This document shows, piece after piece, positions 9,377 to 18,872 of a stretch of DNA of 64,000 nucleotides. Origin of the DNA: an uncultured Alphaproteobacteria bacterium (GTDB taxonomy: Bacteria > Pseudomonadota > Alphaproteobacteria > Rs-D84). Location: assembly GCA_944392815.1 (NCBI GenBank), contig CALXXY010000001.1, positions 32,001 through 96,000 on the forward strand, read 5' to 3'. Each line of letters opens with the position of its first letter. Within the stretch, counting starts at the first letter, position 1. Below the pieces are notes generated by a model. That model saw only the letters and a list, made by a program, of their open reading frames with translations, ran no database searches and was not told the DNA's origin. A program made the position numbers and the translations under genes.

Positions 9377-11417
9377 ATTTTTTACCCGACAATTCAGGAT
9401 TTAATTTTGGATCATTATACATTTTATGCTGATAATACGCACGTGGTTGGCGCGCACCATTCATAAAATCTACGAGCAGGTATTTTGTGGCCTCTAGCAA
9501 TTCCACACGCTGCCGTTCCAGAACCTTTAATTTTTCGGTACATTTTTTGCGATTTTCACGTTTGTGCGATTGTTCTTCCATATGATAAATCTTTAACGCC
9601 AAAATCGACAATCTGTCCAAAACCATGCCCAATGATTCCGTGTTCAATGGTGCTTTGAACGCGCCAGGCAACGCGGGCCCCAAAATTTGGATCATCGTTT
9701 CGTCCATTTTTTCTGCGAAATCGTTGCGCAATTGATTGTAATTATCAATTTTATGTTTCGCGTCCGCAATGACTGAATCCGGCACATCGCGACGACGGGC
9801 TGTGTCTTCGGTATGCCACAGGAAATAATTCATCATATGATTGGCGCGGGCATAACCCTCTAGCGTTGGGTATTCTGGTTTGGGCTGGGTTTCTTCGCGC
9901 CAATATTTGATGTCATCAATTGGTTCCTGTTTATGCCATTCAGCCGTCCAGGTACGCTGCATATCTGCAATTTTTGCAATGTATGCAAAATACGATGGGC
10001 GTGGTTGTAAACGAATTATTAACGGGTTGTCAGAAACTGTTTTCGCGGCATATTGCATTGTATCAATCACTTTGCCGACCGTCACTGGTGCGGACACGGT
10101 TTGTGCAATTGCATATTTGCTGTAATCCGGACGCACGGCAGAATAATCAAATGATTGTGAATACAGGCCGTCTGTTCTGCATTCGTCGGCGGCGGTTGGC
10201 CACGCGAAATCTGTAATAAAATCGTCCAGATTGAACCACCAATTCATTGTGGTGTTGCAATCGACTATGTGTCCAACGCATTTAAATAAATCGGGCGTTG
10301 CCGCCAATTCGCGCGGACGTTTCATTTCTTCGCGAATAATTTGTGCGATACGTTTCACATTAAAATCAACTATGCAGCGATAGCGATTTGGGCAGCGTCG
10401 TTCGTCGTCTTTGTCCGGCCACCAGCAACGCTGGACACATAACATACAACGGTTTTCAGAAAAAACTTTGCGTTGTGATGGATAATAAAAATCATCGTGT
10501 TCACAGCCATGCAAAATAACCGCCGGACAATCAACCGCCCGCGCCAAGTGCATCATGCCACCAATGGCCCCGACAAACATACGCGCATGCGTTAAAACGC
10601 CCGCGAATTCGCGCAAATTTAATTTGAACAACTGTTCCGCACCACTTAACACAGGATCGTCAAAATCGCCAATCTGCAAAAATTCGTATTCGCCACGCAG
10701 TTCGTCAATTATGCCCTGGGCTATTTTTGGCAACAGATATTTATATGGGCCATTGCCACCACATTTTATGACTATTTTTCCATCGGCAAATTTACCAAAA
10801 TCTTTTTCATATTGCGTTAATCTGATTTCAGGTTTTACATTTATTTCACCGGTTAAATCCATGCGATTTGCAACCCACTGCATCATTTGTCCACGCATAG
10901 GAAATCCGCCAAATAATTTCGTGAATGTGTTTCCCCACACATAGCAATTTTTTAAATATTCCAACGGTTTTAAATTAAATGTATATCCATCGCGCAGTTT
11001 TAATGGTTTGCCAATTAATTGCATGTTATAAAATATATAAAATACGTCCATGGTATGCTTGGCGCCCTTGACATTTTCGGGCACCAGGCGCCAATCGCAT
11101 AAATACCAGCAAAAATCACAATTGCGAAACACGTGCCATTGGGGCACATATACCAACGGCCGCACACCTGTTTTTTTATAATACTCGCGCGCGACGCCGG
11201 CGAACACCAATCCGTCACCGACACCCTTGTTCAAATGATAGATGTCATGAATACCGTACTTTTTCGCCATGCGCAATGTCATAACCGGCACGCCCAATTT
11301 ACGCATGCGATAAAATTGCCGCCAGAACAACAAATACCGCACAGGCCGCCAACGAAACAGTAAATTACGCACTTTATAGTATGGAACCAGTAATTTTTTT
11401 ATGAATTGTAATACCAT
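9375..11417 (-). CDS. GT9-like glycosyltransferase fused to a C-terminal DUF4254-like domain
   Basis: N-part GVGDGL, LQIG, FVGAIGGMMHLARAVDCPAV; C-part NYFLWHTEDTARR, KIDNYNQLRND, NTESLGMVLDRLSILALKIYHM. Confidence 0.75.
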   Translation of the reverse strand: MVLQFIKKLLVPYYKVRNLLFRWRPVRYLLFWRQFYRMRKLGVPVMTLRMAKKYGIHDIYHLNKGVGDGLVFAGVAREYYKKTGVRPLVYVPQWHVFRNCDFCWYLCDWRLVPENVKGAKHTMDVFYIFYNMQLIGKPLKLRDGYTFNLKPLEYLKNCYVWGNTFTKLFGGFPMRGQMMQWVANRMDLTGEINVKPEIRLTQYEKDFGKFADGKIVIKCGGNGPYKYLLPKIAQGIIDELRGEYEFLQIGDFDDPVLSGAEQLFKLNLREFAGVLTHARMFVGAIGGMMHLARAVDCPAVILHGCEHDDFYYPSQRKVFSENRCMLCVQRCWWPDKDDERRCPNRYRCIVDFNVKRIAQIIREEMKRPRELAATPDLFKCVGHIVDCNTTMNWWFNLDDFITDFAWPTAADECRTDGLYSQSFDYSAVRPDYSKYAIAQTVSAPVTVGKVIDTMQYAAKTVSDNPLIIRLQPRPSYFAYIAKIADMQRTWTAEWHKQEPIDDIKYWREETQPKPEYPTLEGYARANHMMNYFLWHTEDTARRRDVPDSVIADAKHKIDNYNQLRNDFAEKMDETMIQILGPALPGAFKAPLNTESLGMVLDRLSILALKIYHMEEQSHKRENRKKCTEKLKVLERQRVELLEATKYLLVDFMNGARQPRAYYQHKMYNDPKLNPELSGKK

Positions 11418-11520
11418 GAGTCACCATTTGGTTAAATTAGCAGGTACGTAAGATTATAATCGTGCAAAAACACAATGTCAACAGCAGTGATTTCATCTTT
11501 TCCGCCCCATCGGATCGGAA

Positions 11521-11685
11521 AACAGAGTGGAGAGTTATATCATTCCCGCGCGTGCGCGCGGGAATAATAGAGTGTAGAGTGGAGAGTTTAGAGTGTAGAT
11601 AATGTCTGTGGGCAAATGCCCGCAGTGCTTTTTATTTACTGGATCGCCACGCTTTGCTCGCGATAACAAGGGGGAGTAAGTGGTT
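11521..11685. repeat. Mosaic palindromic repeat cluster
   Basis: TCATTCCCGCG..CGCGGGAAT, a (T/G)AGAGTG heptamer tract, and TG(T)GGGC..GCCCGCAG-TGCTTTTTATTTACTGGATCGCCACGCTTTGCTCGCGAT shared with 20519-20620 and, inverted, 44430-44491. Confidence 0.9.
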
Positions 11686-11698
11686 AATTGTTGTTTTG

Positions 11699-12964
11699 TT
11701 ATAACTGGATAAACCAATCTGGGTGTTGGGACAAATGTTCGATTCCGGCGTCCAGATTTTTACGGTATTCGATAAACTTTTCCTTGTCCGCGCTGCCCAG
11801 GTTGCTGATTGCCGGCAATTTAACTGTCATTGGGTTGACGTGTTTGCCGTCCTTGATAATTTCATAGTGTAAATGCGGGCCGGTGGACAGACCAGTTGAA
11901 CCAACATATCCGATTGTTTGCCCCTGTTTCACTGTGGTGCCGACAACTACACCCTTGGCAAATTTGGACATATGCGCGTACAGTGTTTCAAACGATGCGT
12001 TGTGGCGCAATTTGATATAATTGCCGTGGCCACTGTTGTATCCACGCGCGACAACGCGCCCCGCGCCCGCGGCAGGAATTGGTGTGCCGGTGGACGCGCG
12101 GAAATCGACGCCTTTGTGTGCGCGGGTATATCCCAACACAGGGTGTTTACGGCGATACGAAAAACTGCTGGTCACGCGGGCGTTATTAATTGGCGTACGT
12201 TTTAACGATTTTATCGCGCCATTGCCATTTTCATCATAGTACCCGATTTTGCCGTCGGATTTTTTAAACCGATACATTTTGACATCGCCACGCAATGCCT
12301 GGAATTGCACGGCCAACACGTTGCCGTTGTCAACCTTTTGCCCGTCGGCAAAGTTTTCTTCGTACAATACGGAAAATTTCTGGCCGGCACGGACATCACG
12401 TTCAAAGTCCATTTCGAATGCCAATAAATCGTATACCTGGGCCAGGATACCTTCGGGTATGCTGGCACGGGCCCCAGCCAAATAAAAACTGTCGCCGTCC
12501 AGAATTTCCCCGGCACGATATACTGCGCGTTTATCCGGCTGGATTTCAACGGTTTCGCATGTCCAACCGCCGTCCGATAACGACGATATTTCAATCTGGC
12601 GCCAGGGGGACGGAATGATTACTATTTTGGACACAGGCGCGTCCGCGTCGTCACGAACAAATTCGATTTTATCGCTGTCTGCGCGCAAACTGGTGACAGA
12701 TGCCTGGGATTTCAATACGTCCGCGATTTCCAGAACCTGGGCATTGGTGAATCCCTGGTCCGTTAATAATTTTGACAATGTATCACCAGACGACACATTT
12801 ACAGTCAAAATATGCGACCCGTCGTCCGCGATTTGTATGCCGTCGCCGCCACCATTATTATGCGTGAATGCCAGCACAATCGCCACAAACACCAGTATTA
12901 TCGCCAACCCGATAACGCCCCATGTGGCGTTGGTTAAATTCAGAATATCTTTTGCTTTTTTCAT
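11699..12964 (-). CDS. M23-family peptidoglycan DD-endopeptidase (MepM-like)
   Basis: N-terminal TM, HKGVDF, YAHMS, STGPHLHYE. Start placed at MKKAKDIL. Confidence 0.92.
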   Translation of the reverse strand: MKKAKDILNLTNATWGVIGLAIILVFVAIVLAFTHNNGGGDGIQIADDGSHILTVNVSSGDTLSKLLTDQGFTNAQVLEIADVLKSQASVTSLRADSDKIEFVRDDADAPVSKIVIIPSPWRQIEISSLSDGGWTCETVEIQPDKRAVYRAGEILDGDSFYLAGARASIPEGILAQVYDLLAFEMDFERDVRAGQKFSVLYEENFADGQKVDNGNVLAVQFQALRGDVKMYRFKKSDGKIGYYDENGNGAIKSLKRTPINNARVTSSFSYRRKHPVLGYTRAHKGVDFRASTGTPIPAAGAGRVVARGYNSGHGNYIKLRHNASFETLYAHMSKFAKGVVVGTTVKQGQTIGYVGSTGLSTGPHLHYEIIKDGKHVNPMTVKLPAISNLGSADKEKFIEYRKNLDAGIEHLSQHPDWFIQL

Positions 12965-12971
12965 ACCGGCG

Positions 12972-12979
12972 ATTATAAT
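12972..12979. promoter_or_regulatory. Palindromic ATTATAAT giving a -10 box on both strands
   Basis: TATAAT lies 6 nt before the prmC ATG and 7 nt before the M23 ATG; the two starts are only 21 nt apart. Confidence 0.65.
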
Positions 12980-12985
12980 TGGTTC

Positions 12986-13756
12986 ATGACTAAAAATCAA
13001 GCATTTGAAATACTGGCGCGTGCGGGGAATATTCATGACGCACGGGTGATTATTGAAAACACTGAAAAGTTTTCGCGAATAAAAATTTGGCGCATGGCGC
13101 GGGCGTTGCGACGTGGGGTGCCTGTGGCGAAAATAATCCATGTAAAATGGTTTTATGGGCTGAAATTTTATACCAATCGGCACACGTTGGATCCACGCCC
13201 AGATACAGAAACGTTGGTTGCGGCCGTTATCGCCGATTGTGGGGTGGGCGCGCGTCCCGCTGTATTGGATTTGGGCACAGGCACGGGGTGCATAATCGCG
13301 GCGTTGGTTAAAAATATTCATGGTGCGCGTGGGGTGGCGTTGGACGCGTCGCGTGCCGCTGTGCGGGTGGCGCGTCGTAATATGCGCGATTTGAAATTAA
13401 ACGATTCTGTTCGTGTAATACATGGGAATTTTAATAATCCGCATGCTGTACGGGACGTGTTTGATATAATCGTGTCCAATCCACCATACATAGCAATTGG
13501 TGACGCGCGTGTGAATATTGGCGCGACGTATGATCCGCGACGTGCGCTGTATGCCCAGAACAATGGTTTGGCGGCATACGAATCAATTGCAAAAAATGCA
13601 CGCGCTTGGTTGCGCAGCGGCGGGAAAATATACGTTGAAATCGGCGACGGCATGATGGGTGACGTGCGTGATATATTTGACCGCGCCGGGTGGAAATTCG
13701 GGCGCGCGGAACGCGACCTGGGGGGAATTATACGCGTGTTGGTGTTTGAAAAATAA
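12986..13756 (+). CDS. prmC: Release factor glutamine methyltransferase
   Basis: PRPDTETLV, LDLGTGTGCI, IVSNPPYI, ERDLGG. Confidence 0.95.
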   Translation: MTKNQAFEILARAGNIHDARVIIENTEKFSRIKIWRMARALRRGVPVAKIIHVKWFYGLKFYTNRHTLDPRPDTETLVAAVIADCGVGARPAVLDLGTGTGCIIAALVKNIHGARGVALDASRAAVRVARRNMRDLKLNDSVRVIHGNFNNPHAVRDVFDIIVSNPPYIAIGDARVNIGATYDPRRALYAQNNGLAAYESIAKNARAWLRSGGKIYVEIGDGMMGDVRDIFDRAGWKFGRAERDLGGIIRVLVFEK

Positions 13757-13758
13757 AG

Positions 13759-14406
13759 TTATTTAAAATACGGATTTTCGCGTTTCAGTATGCCGATTGT
13801 TGAATCAACACCGTGACCGTGCACCGCATATGTTTCATCGGGCAAATTTAATTCATATACTTTGGAAATAGATTGCCACAGTGCATTTGCGTCACCGCCC
13901 GGCAAATCATACCGCCCAAATCCGTCACGAAACAGTGTGTCACCAGTGATTAAAATACCAAAATCTGGGAAATAATACATTACCCCGCCCGGCGTATGCC
14001 CGGGCGTTTCAATCACGTCCATGGTGACGCCAGGCAAAATTTGAATTGTATCGGCACCGATATCAGTTGGGCGACGATAACCAGGTTCAATTTGCGGCAA
14101 CCCGAAACCGGCCAGCAAATTATTAGACCACGAAATTAAATCGTCATCTTCGCTGTTTAAATACCACGGAACGTCGTATTTTTCGGCCAATGCCGGGGCG
14201 GCAGCGATATGATCGCCGTGTCCATGCGTTGAATATATTGCACGCAATTGCAGTCCGCGTGACGTTAACAAATTTTCCCAATCGGCAACATTGCCCCATG
14301 CGTCAAAAATTACTGCGTCATTACCACACGTCACCAATACCGAATTAGTATTTTCGGGAGGCATATGCAATATTTCAAATTTTGGTTCAGCGTTATTTTG
14401 TGGCAT
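13759..14406 (-). CDS. MBL-fold metallo-hydrolase (glyoxalase II/YcbL-like)
   Basis: THGHGDH, TPGHTPG, TGDTLF, GHG. Start placed at MPQNNAE. Confidence 0.9.
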   Translation of the reverse strand: MPQNNAEPKFEILHMPPENTNSVLVTCGNDAVIFDAWGNVADWENLLTSRGLQLRAIYSTHGHGDHIAAAPALAEKYDVPWYLNSEDDDLISWSNNLLAGFGLPQIEPGYRRPTDIGADTIQILPGVTMDVIETPGHTPGGVMYYFPDFGILITGDTLFRDGFGRYDLPGGDANALWQSISKVYELNLPDETYAVHGHGVDSTIGILKRENPYFK

Positions 14407-16330
14407 TTGTTTTTGCTTTTTTAGTGGCTGATTTTTTGACCGATTTTTTTGCCGATTTTTGCACAGCGGATTTACCCGATACAATTGCGCGGATTTCGTC
14501 ACCAGTCAATGTTTCGCGTGCCAATAATTCTTCGGCCAGTTTGCGAACTGTTTCTTTGTTTTTGGCCAGCATTCGCGTCGCGTCCGCGTGTGCGGCGTCC
14601 AGCCATGCTTTTACTTCGGCGTCAACCATTTCGGCTGTTTTTTCAGACGCGTTTTCCAACGCGCTGCGCGTACCAAAATTATTTACCTGGTTAATCGCGG
14701 CCAGACCAACTTTGTCCGACAACCCGGCCGTTGTTATCGAATACCGCGCCAGACGTGTTGCCATGGCGATATCACTTTCCGCGCCGGTGGTAATGTTGTC
14801 CGGGCCGAAAAAGATTTCTTCGGCACTGCGGCCCGCCAACGAAATCGCCAGATTGGCGCGAACCTCGGCAATGGTCATGGAAACTTTGTCATCGATTGGC
14901 AAATGTTGCACCATGCCCAGCGCACGACCACGCGGGATAATTGTGGCCTTGTGTATTGGGTCGGTTATGTCCGAATACATAATGCTGACGAACGCATGGC
15001 CGGCCTCGTGATAGGCGGTCAGTTTAATATCCTGGGGGCGCATTTTGCGAACCTTGCGCGGGCCCATCAGGATTTTATCGCGCGCCTCTTCTACGTCAAC
15101 GGCGGTGATTTCTGTGCGGTCATTTCGCACGGCATGCAGGGCGGCCTCGTTCAACAGATTTTCCAAATCCGCACCGGAAAATCCAGTTGTACCACGCGCC
15201 AAATCCTGCAGATTTACGTCGGCGGCAACCTTTACCTTTTTGGCATACAAATCCAGAATTTCGCGACGTCCCGCCAAATCGGGTAATTCGATGTATACCT
15301 GGCGATCAAAACGGCCGGGGCGCAACAACGCAGGATCCAACATATCCGCACGATTTGTTGCACCGATGACTATGATGCCTGTATTGTTGGCGAATCCGTC
15401 CATTTCAATCAATAACTGGTTCAATGTTTGTTCGCGGTCCTGGTCGTTATAAGAACTGGTACTGCGGCGCTGGCCAATGGCGTCGATTTCATCGATGAAT
15501 AATATGCATGGCGCGTTGCGCTTTGCCATGTCAAAGATTTCCTTTATCTTGGCCACACCCAGCCCCACAATAATACCGGAAAAATCACTGCCGGACGCGG
15601 CAAAAAACGGGACGTTGGCTTCGCCGGCGATGGCACGTGCCAATAAAGTTTTTCCTGTGCCTGGTTCCCCGGACAGCAATATGCCACGTGGCACACGCGC
15701 ACCGACGTCACGGAATTTTTTGCCGTCTTTCAGAAAATCAACTATTTCCATTAATTCCTGTTTTTCAGAATCTATGCCGGCGACATCTTTGAACGTAGTT
15801 TTTGTTTTGCCGGTGGTAATTCTGGTCGGGTTTTGTTGTGCCAAACTGCGCCCCAGGCCAGCGGCACCACCGCGAAATCCGCGGAATATCCACCATATGA
15901 AAAACAACCCCATCAAAATAGGCACCCATGTCCCCAGGTAATCCACCCATGTTTTTGACGTATCAATCGAAATAGTCGCACCATTTTGTGCAATTTGACT
16001 TAATAATTCAGGGTCGTATGTAATGGTTGCCGTATATGGTGTGCCATCGGTCAGGGTGCCGGCCGCGTCACTGCCACGAATTTCCATCGTTTTAATTTCT
16101 GATGCACGGTTCAAAACATCTGAAAAACTTAATTCAATTGGTGCGGCCACAGGTTGACCATTTGCCAACAGTCCCGGCGCACCAACCGGCCCCGTGAATG
16201 ACCGTGCTATCATCGCAACAAACAAAGCCGCGAAAATTATCAAGAAAATATTCCCACCACCGGTTGCGCGGGCGAATTTATTTTTGCGTGTCGATTTTTT
16301 CTGATTTAATGTTTGATTTTCGTTTTCCAT
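14393..16330 (-). CDS. ftsH: ATP-dependent zinc metalloprotease FtsH
   Basis: 2 TM, GEPGTGKT, FIDEID, ATNRADMLDPALLRPGRFDR, HEAGH. Confidence 0.98.
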   Translation of the reverse strand: MENENQTLNQKKSTRKNKFARATGGGNIFLIIFAALFVAMIARSFTGPVGAPGLLANGQPVAAPIELSFSDVLNRASEIKTMEIRGSDAAGTLTDGTPYTATITYDPELLSQIAQNGATISIDTSKTWVDYLGTWVPILMGLFFIWWIFRGFRGGAAGLGRSLAQQNPTRITTGKTKTTFKDVAGIDSEKQELMEIVDFLKDGKKFRDVGARVPRGILLSGEPGTGKTLLARAIAGEANVPFFAASGSDFSGIIVGLGVAKIKEIFDMAKRNAPCILFIDEIDAIGQRRSTSSYNDQDREQTLNQLLIEMDGFANNTGIIVIGATNRADMLDPALLRPGRFDRQVYIELPDLAGRREILDLYAKKVKVAADVNLQDLARGTTGFSGADLENLLNEAALHAVRNDRTEITAVDVEEARDKILMGPRKVRKMRPQDIKLTAYHEAGHAFVSIMYSDITDPIHKATIIPRGRALGMVQHLPIDDKVSMTIAEVRANLAISLAGRSAEEIFFGPDNITTGAESDIAMATRLARYSITTAGLSDKVGLAAINQVNNFGTRSALENASEKTAEMVDAEVKAWLDAAHADATRMLAKNKETVRKLAEELLARETLTGDEIRAIVSGKSAVQKSAKKSVKKSATKKAKTNATK

Positions 16331-17282
16331 GTTTTGTCCTGAAACTTGTTTTATTTCCCTCGGGTACGATTAAAATACGCTGGCCCAGGCGACGAATTGT
16401 GCAATGTCCCAACGTGAATTTACAATCGCGCTGCAAATTACGTAGTGCATTTGACAAAGAATTCAAGCGCGGCTGATATTCATTCCCCCCAATCTGTTGA
16501 ATTAACGTTCCCAGAAACTTTAGCCCAATATCCGGGGCCAGGTCAAACAGAAAAGTTGCATCAAATACTGCGCGCCGGTTATCCGTCACAGACGCAATCA
16601 TATCCGCGATTTTTTTATCCACTGCGTCGCGAACACGCCCCAGATTATTAATGGCCAATAAAATGCGCGCGTCACTGATACCCAGCGCGCCCGACAACAA
16701 ATGTCTGTTTTTGCGAATGCGAACCCGGGTATATTGCGTATCGTCGTTCATTTCGTCCATAAAATATTTAATGCCGTTGTCATCGCAATATTTTTTCAGT
16801 TCCGCGCGCGATACGTCCAACAGGGGTCGAACTATTTTTACCCCATCGCGCCATGTCACACGACGCATGGCCGCCAATCCGTACAGGCCGCTGCCCCGCC
16901 CCAAATTCATTAAAAACGTTTCGATTTGATCGTCGGATTGGTGCGCGGTTAATAATGCGTCCTGGCCATTTTCACGACAAAAATCCGTCATAAACTTATA
17001 TCGGGCGGTGCGGGCCGCGGCCTCGAGCCCTGATGTGGGTTTGTCGCCCGACCAATAAAAGATTTTGCACGGCACACCCAATTTCGCACATAAATCACGT
17101 ACGTACTGGGTTTCTGTTTCTGCGTTTGGGCGCAATCCATGATTTACGTGCAAACACGTGACAGACGCACCACACGCCGCCAACCAGCACAGCAGGCATA
17201 CAGAATCCACCCCGCCACTGACCGCCACCGCCAGGCGTGCATTCGCGTATTCGCGCATAAAATCTAAAAACTTTTGATTCAT
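16278..17282 (-). CDS. tilS: tRNA(Ile)-lysidine synthetase
   Basis: SGGVDS, HVNHGLR, EAAARTARY, TAHQSDDQIETF, YTRVRIR; conserved tilS-ftsH order. Confidence 0.96.
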   Translation of the reverse strand: MNQKFLDFMREYANARLAVAVSGGVDSVCLLCWLAACGASVTCLHVNHGLRPNAETETQYVRDLCAKLGVPCKIFYWSGDKPTSGLEAAARTARYKFMTDFCRENGQDALLTAHQSDDQIETFLMNLGRGSGLYGLAAMRRVTWRDGVKIVRPLLDVSRAELKKYCDDNGIKYFMDEMNDDTQYTRVRIRKNRHLLSGALGISDARILLAINNLGRVRDAVDKKIADMIASVTDNRRAVFDATFLFDLAPDIGLKFLGTLIQQIGGNEYQPRLNSLSNALRNLQRDCKFTLGHCTIRRLGQRILIVPEGNKTSFRTKHGKRKSNIKSEKIDTQK

Positions 17283-17331
17283 AATATCGGCATTTTATGA
17301 TATAATCTGCAAAAATAAAGGAAAAAGAGCA

Positions 17332-17889
17332 ATGGTGTGTAAGCTGAAATCTATTGCCGTGTATTGTGGGCACCAATTTGGGGCCGACCCGCGGTTCGCG
17401 ATGGACGCGGCGACAATCGGGGAATTTTTGGGCAAAAACAAAATTCGCATGGTATTTGGTGGCGGAAATGTGGGACTGATGGGAACGGTGGCCACCGCTG
17501 CATTGGACGCAGGCGGGCACGTTATCGGCGTTTCCACAAACAACGTGATTGAAAAACAGGAACCTGTGCACAGTGGTGTTGATGTGACTGTTGTCGATGG
17601 CGTCAATGACAGAAAACAAAAAATGTTTGAATTGTCGGACGCGTTCATTATTTTGCCGGGCGGAATCGGGACACTGAACGAATTAACCGACATCATGACA
17701 ATGCAACAAATCGGCGAATCAAAAAAACCGCTGTTTTTCCTGAATACCGCAGGTTTTTGGATTCCATTTGTGCGTTTGTTTATTCATATGCAAAAATCTG
17801 GATTTATCGAAAGTATTCACGATTACAATATTCACGGCGCAAATACTGTCGATGATTTAGTGAAACGTATTTTGAATTATAAAAATTAA
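17332..17889 (+). CDS. LOG family (TIGR00730-like) nucleotide monophosphate phosphoribohydrolase
   Basis: FGGGNVGLMG, RKQKM, LPGGIGTLNEL. Confidence 0.9.
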   Translation: MVCKLKSIAVYCGHQFGADPRFAMDAATIGEFLGKNKIRMVFGGGNVGLMGTVATAALDAGGHVIGVSTNNVIEKQEPVHSGVDVTVVDGVNDRKQKMFELSDAFIILPGGIGTLNELTDIMTMQQIGESKKPLFFLNTAGFWIPFVRLFIHMQKSGFIESIHDYNIHGANTVDDLVKRILNYKN

Positions 17890-18119
17890 ACACGAATAAC
17901 TTTGTCACGTGACGTGGCACCACGGACGATTTCTATGCTGGATTTGGGTACATCAAAGTATTCGGCCAGCATTTTTATTACCGCCGCGTTTGCCGCCCCG
18001 TCTGTGGGGGCGGCGGTTGTGTGCACACGCAACGCACCGTTTTCGTCAACAGTGATTTCATTGCGACGTGCGCGCGGTATTACGCGGACATTAAAAATCC
18101 GTTTTGAATCGTTCATCAC
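17886..18119 (-). CDS. DUF167 (YggU-like) protein
   Basis: VRVIPRA, AAPTDGAAN, GATSRDK. Confidence 0.88.
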   Translation of the reverse strand: MMNDSKRIFNVRVIPRARRNEITVDENGALRVHTTAAPTDGAANAAVIKMLAEYFDVPKSSIEIVRGATSRDKVIRV

Positions 18120-18438
18120 TCATAATATGCACATGGAAATGAAACACACTTTGGCCAGCGCCGGCCCCAGTATTCGCAACCGTGCGAAAATTATCGCGCA
18201 GCCCCAATATGTCCACAGTTTTGCGCACGGCCGCCCAAAATCCGGCCTGTAATTCCGCAGGGGCGTTGGCAGAAAAATCATAGATGTCTGTGTATTCGCC
18301 CTTTGGTACAACCAAAACGTGCGTTTTTGCGCGGGGTGCGATATTCTGAAACGCCAGCGCAAAATCATCTTCGAAAATTTTGGTTGATGGCGCGTCGCCC
18401 CGCAGAATTTTTGCAAATATATTATCTTTGTCGTACAT
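18091..18438 (-). CDS. hinT: HIT-family nucleotide-binding protein
   Basis: NIFAKIL, IAPRAKTHVLVVPK, GQSVFHFHVH histidine triad. Confidence 0.92.
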   Translation of the reverse strand: MYDKDNIFAKILRGDAPSTKIFEDDFALAFQNIAPRAKTHVLVVPKGEYTDIYDFSANAPAELQAGFWAAVRKTVDILGLRDNFRTVANTGAGAGQSVFHFHVHIMSDERFKTDF

Positions 18439-18496
18439 GATTTACCCCCTGTATTTCACCCCACAGCGTATTATATACTGTGGATAAAATCAAGCA

Positions 18497-18524
18497 CTTG
18501 AAATCGTAATGTGGTGCACTATAT
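18497..18524 (+). promoter_or_regulatory. Probable heat-shock (RpoH-type) promoter of groESL
   Basis: CTTGAA-N14-CACTATAT upstream of groES. Confidence 0.55.
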
Positions 18525-18566
18525 TCACCCCTGACGAAGTTATAGACATAAAAGGAGAATGAAATT

Positions 18567-18854
18567 ATGTTCAAACCTTTGCATAACTATGTTCTGTTGG
18601 AACGTATAGAAGAAGAAAACAAAACAGCCGGCGGAATTATTATCCCTGATAATGCCAAAGAAAAACCGTCCCGTGGTCGTGTTATCGCGGTGGGCGATGG
18701 CGCATTTGATGGCGACGACAGGGTTCCTATGACTGTCCAGGTTGGTAATGTGGTATTATTTGCAAAATGGGCCGCGTCCGCGAACGAGGTCAAAATTGAC
18801 GGCAAAGATTATGTGCTGGTCAAAGAAACTGATATTTTGGGAATTTTGGAATAA
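18567..18854 (+). CDS. groES: Co-chaperonin GroES
   Basis: FKPLHNYVL, TAGGIIIPDNAKEKP, ETDILGI; RBS AAAGGAG. Confidence 0.98.
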   Translation: MFKPLHNYVLLERIEEENKTAGGIIIPDNAKEKPSRGRVIAVGDGAFDGDDRVPMTVQVGNVVLFAKWAASANEVKIDGKDYVLVKETDILGILE

Positions 18855-18872
18855 TCAAAGGATAAATACATC

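Noticed and set aside
11568-11606. TAGAGTG tracts and palindromic clusters as a CRISPR array
   Set aside because: No constant 23-47 bp repeats separated by unique spacers of regular length, and no cas genes.
12965-13321. N-terminal 119 aa of the 540-aa ORF, and similar extensions of era, frr, bamA, tatD, tcdA, RgpF copy 3 and the MBL hydrolase
   Set aside because: They overlap neighbouring genes or promoters. Downstream starts match family N-termini and RBS or -10 positions.
18491-18520. CIRCE operator upstream of groES
   Set aside because: Only a partial match (AGCACT..GTGC) with the wrong spacing relative to TTAGCACTC-N9-GAGTGCTAA.
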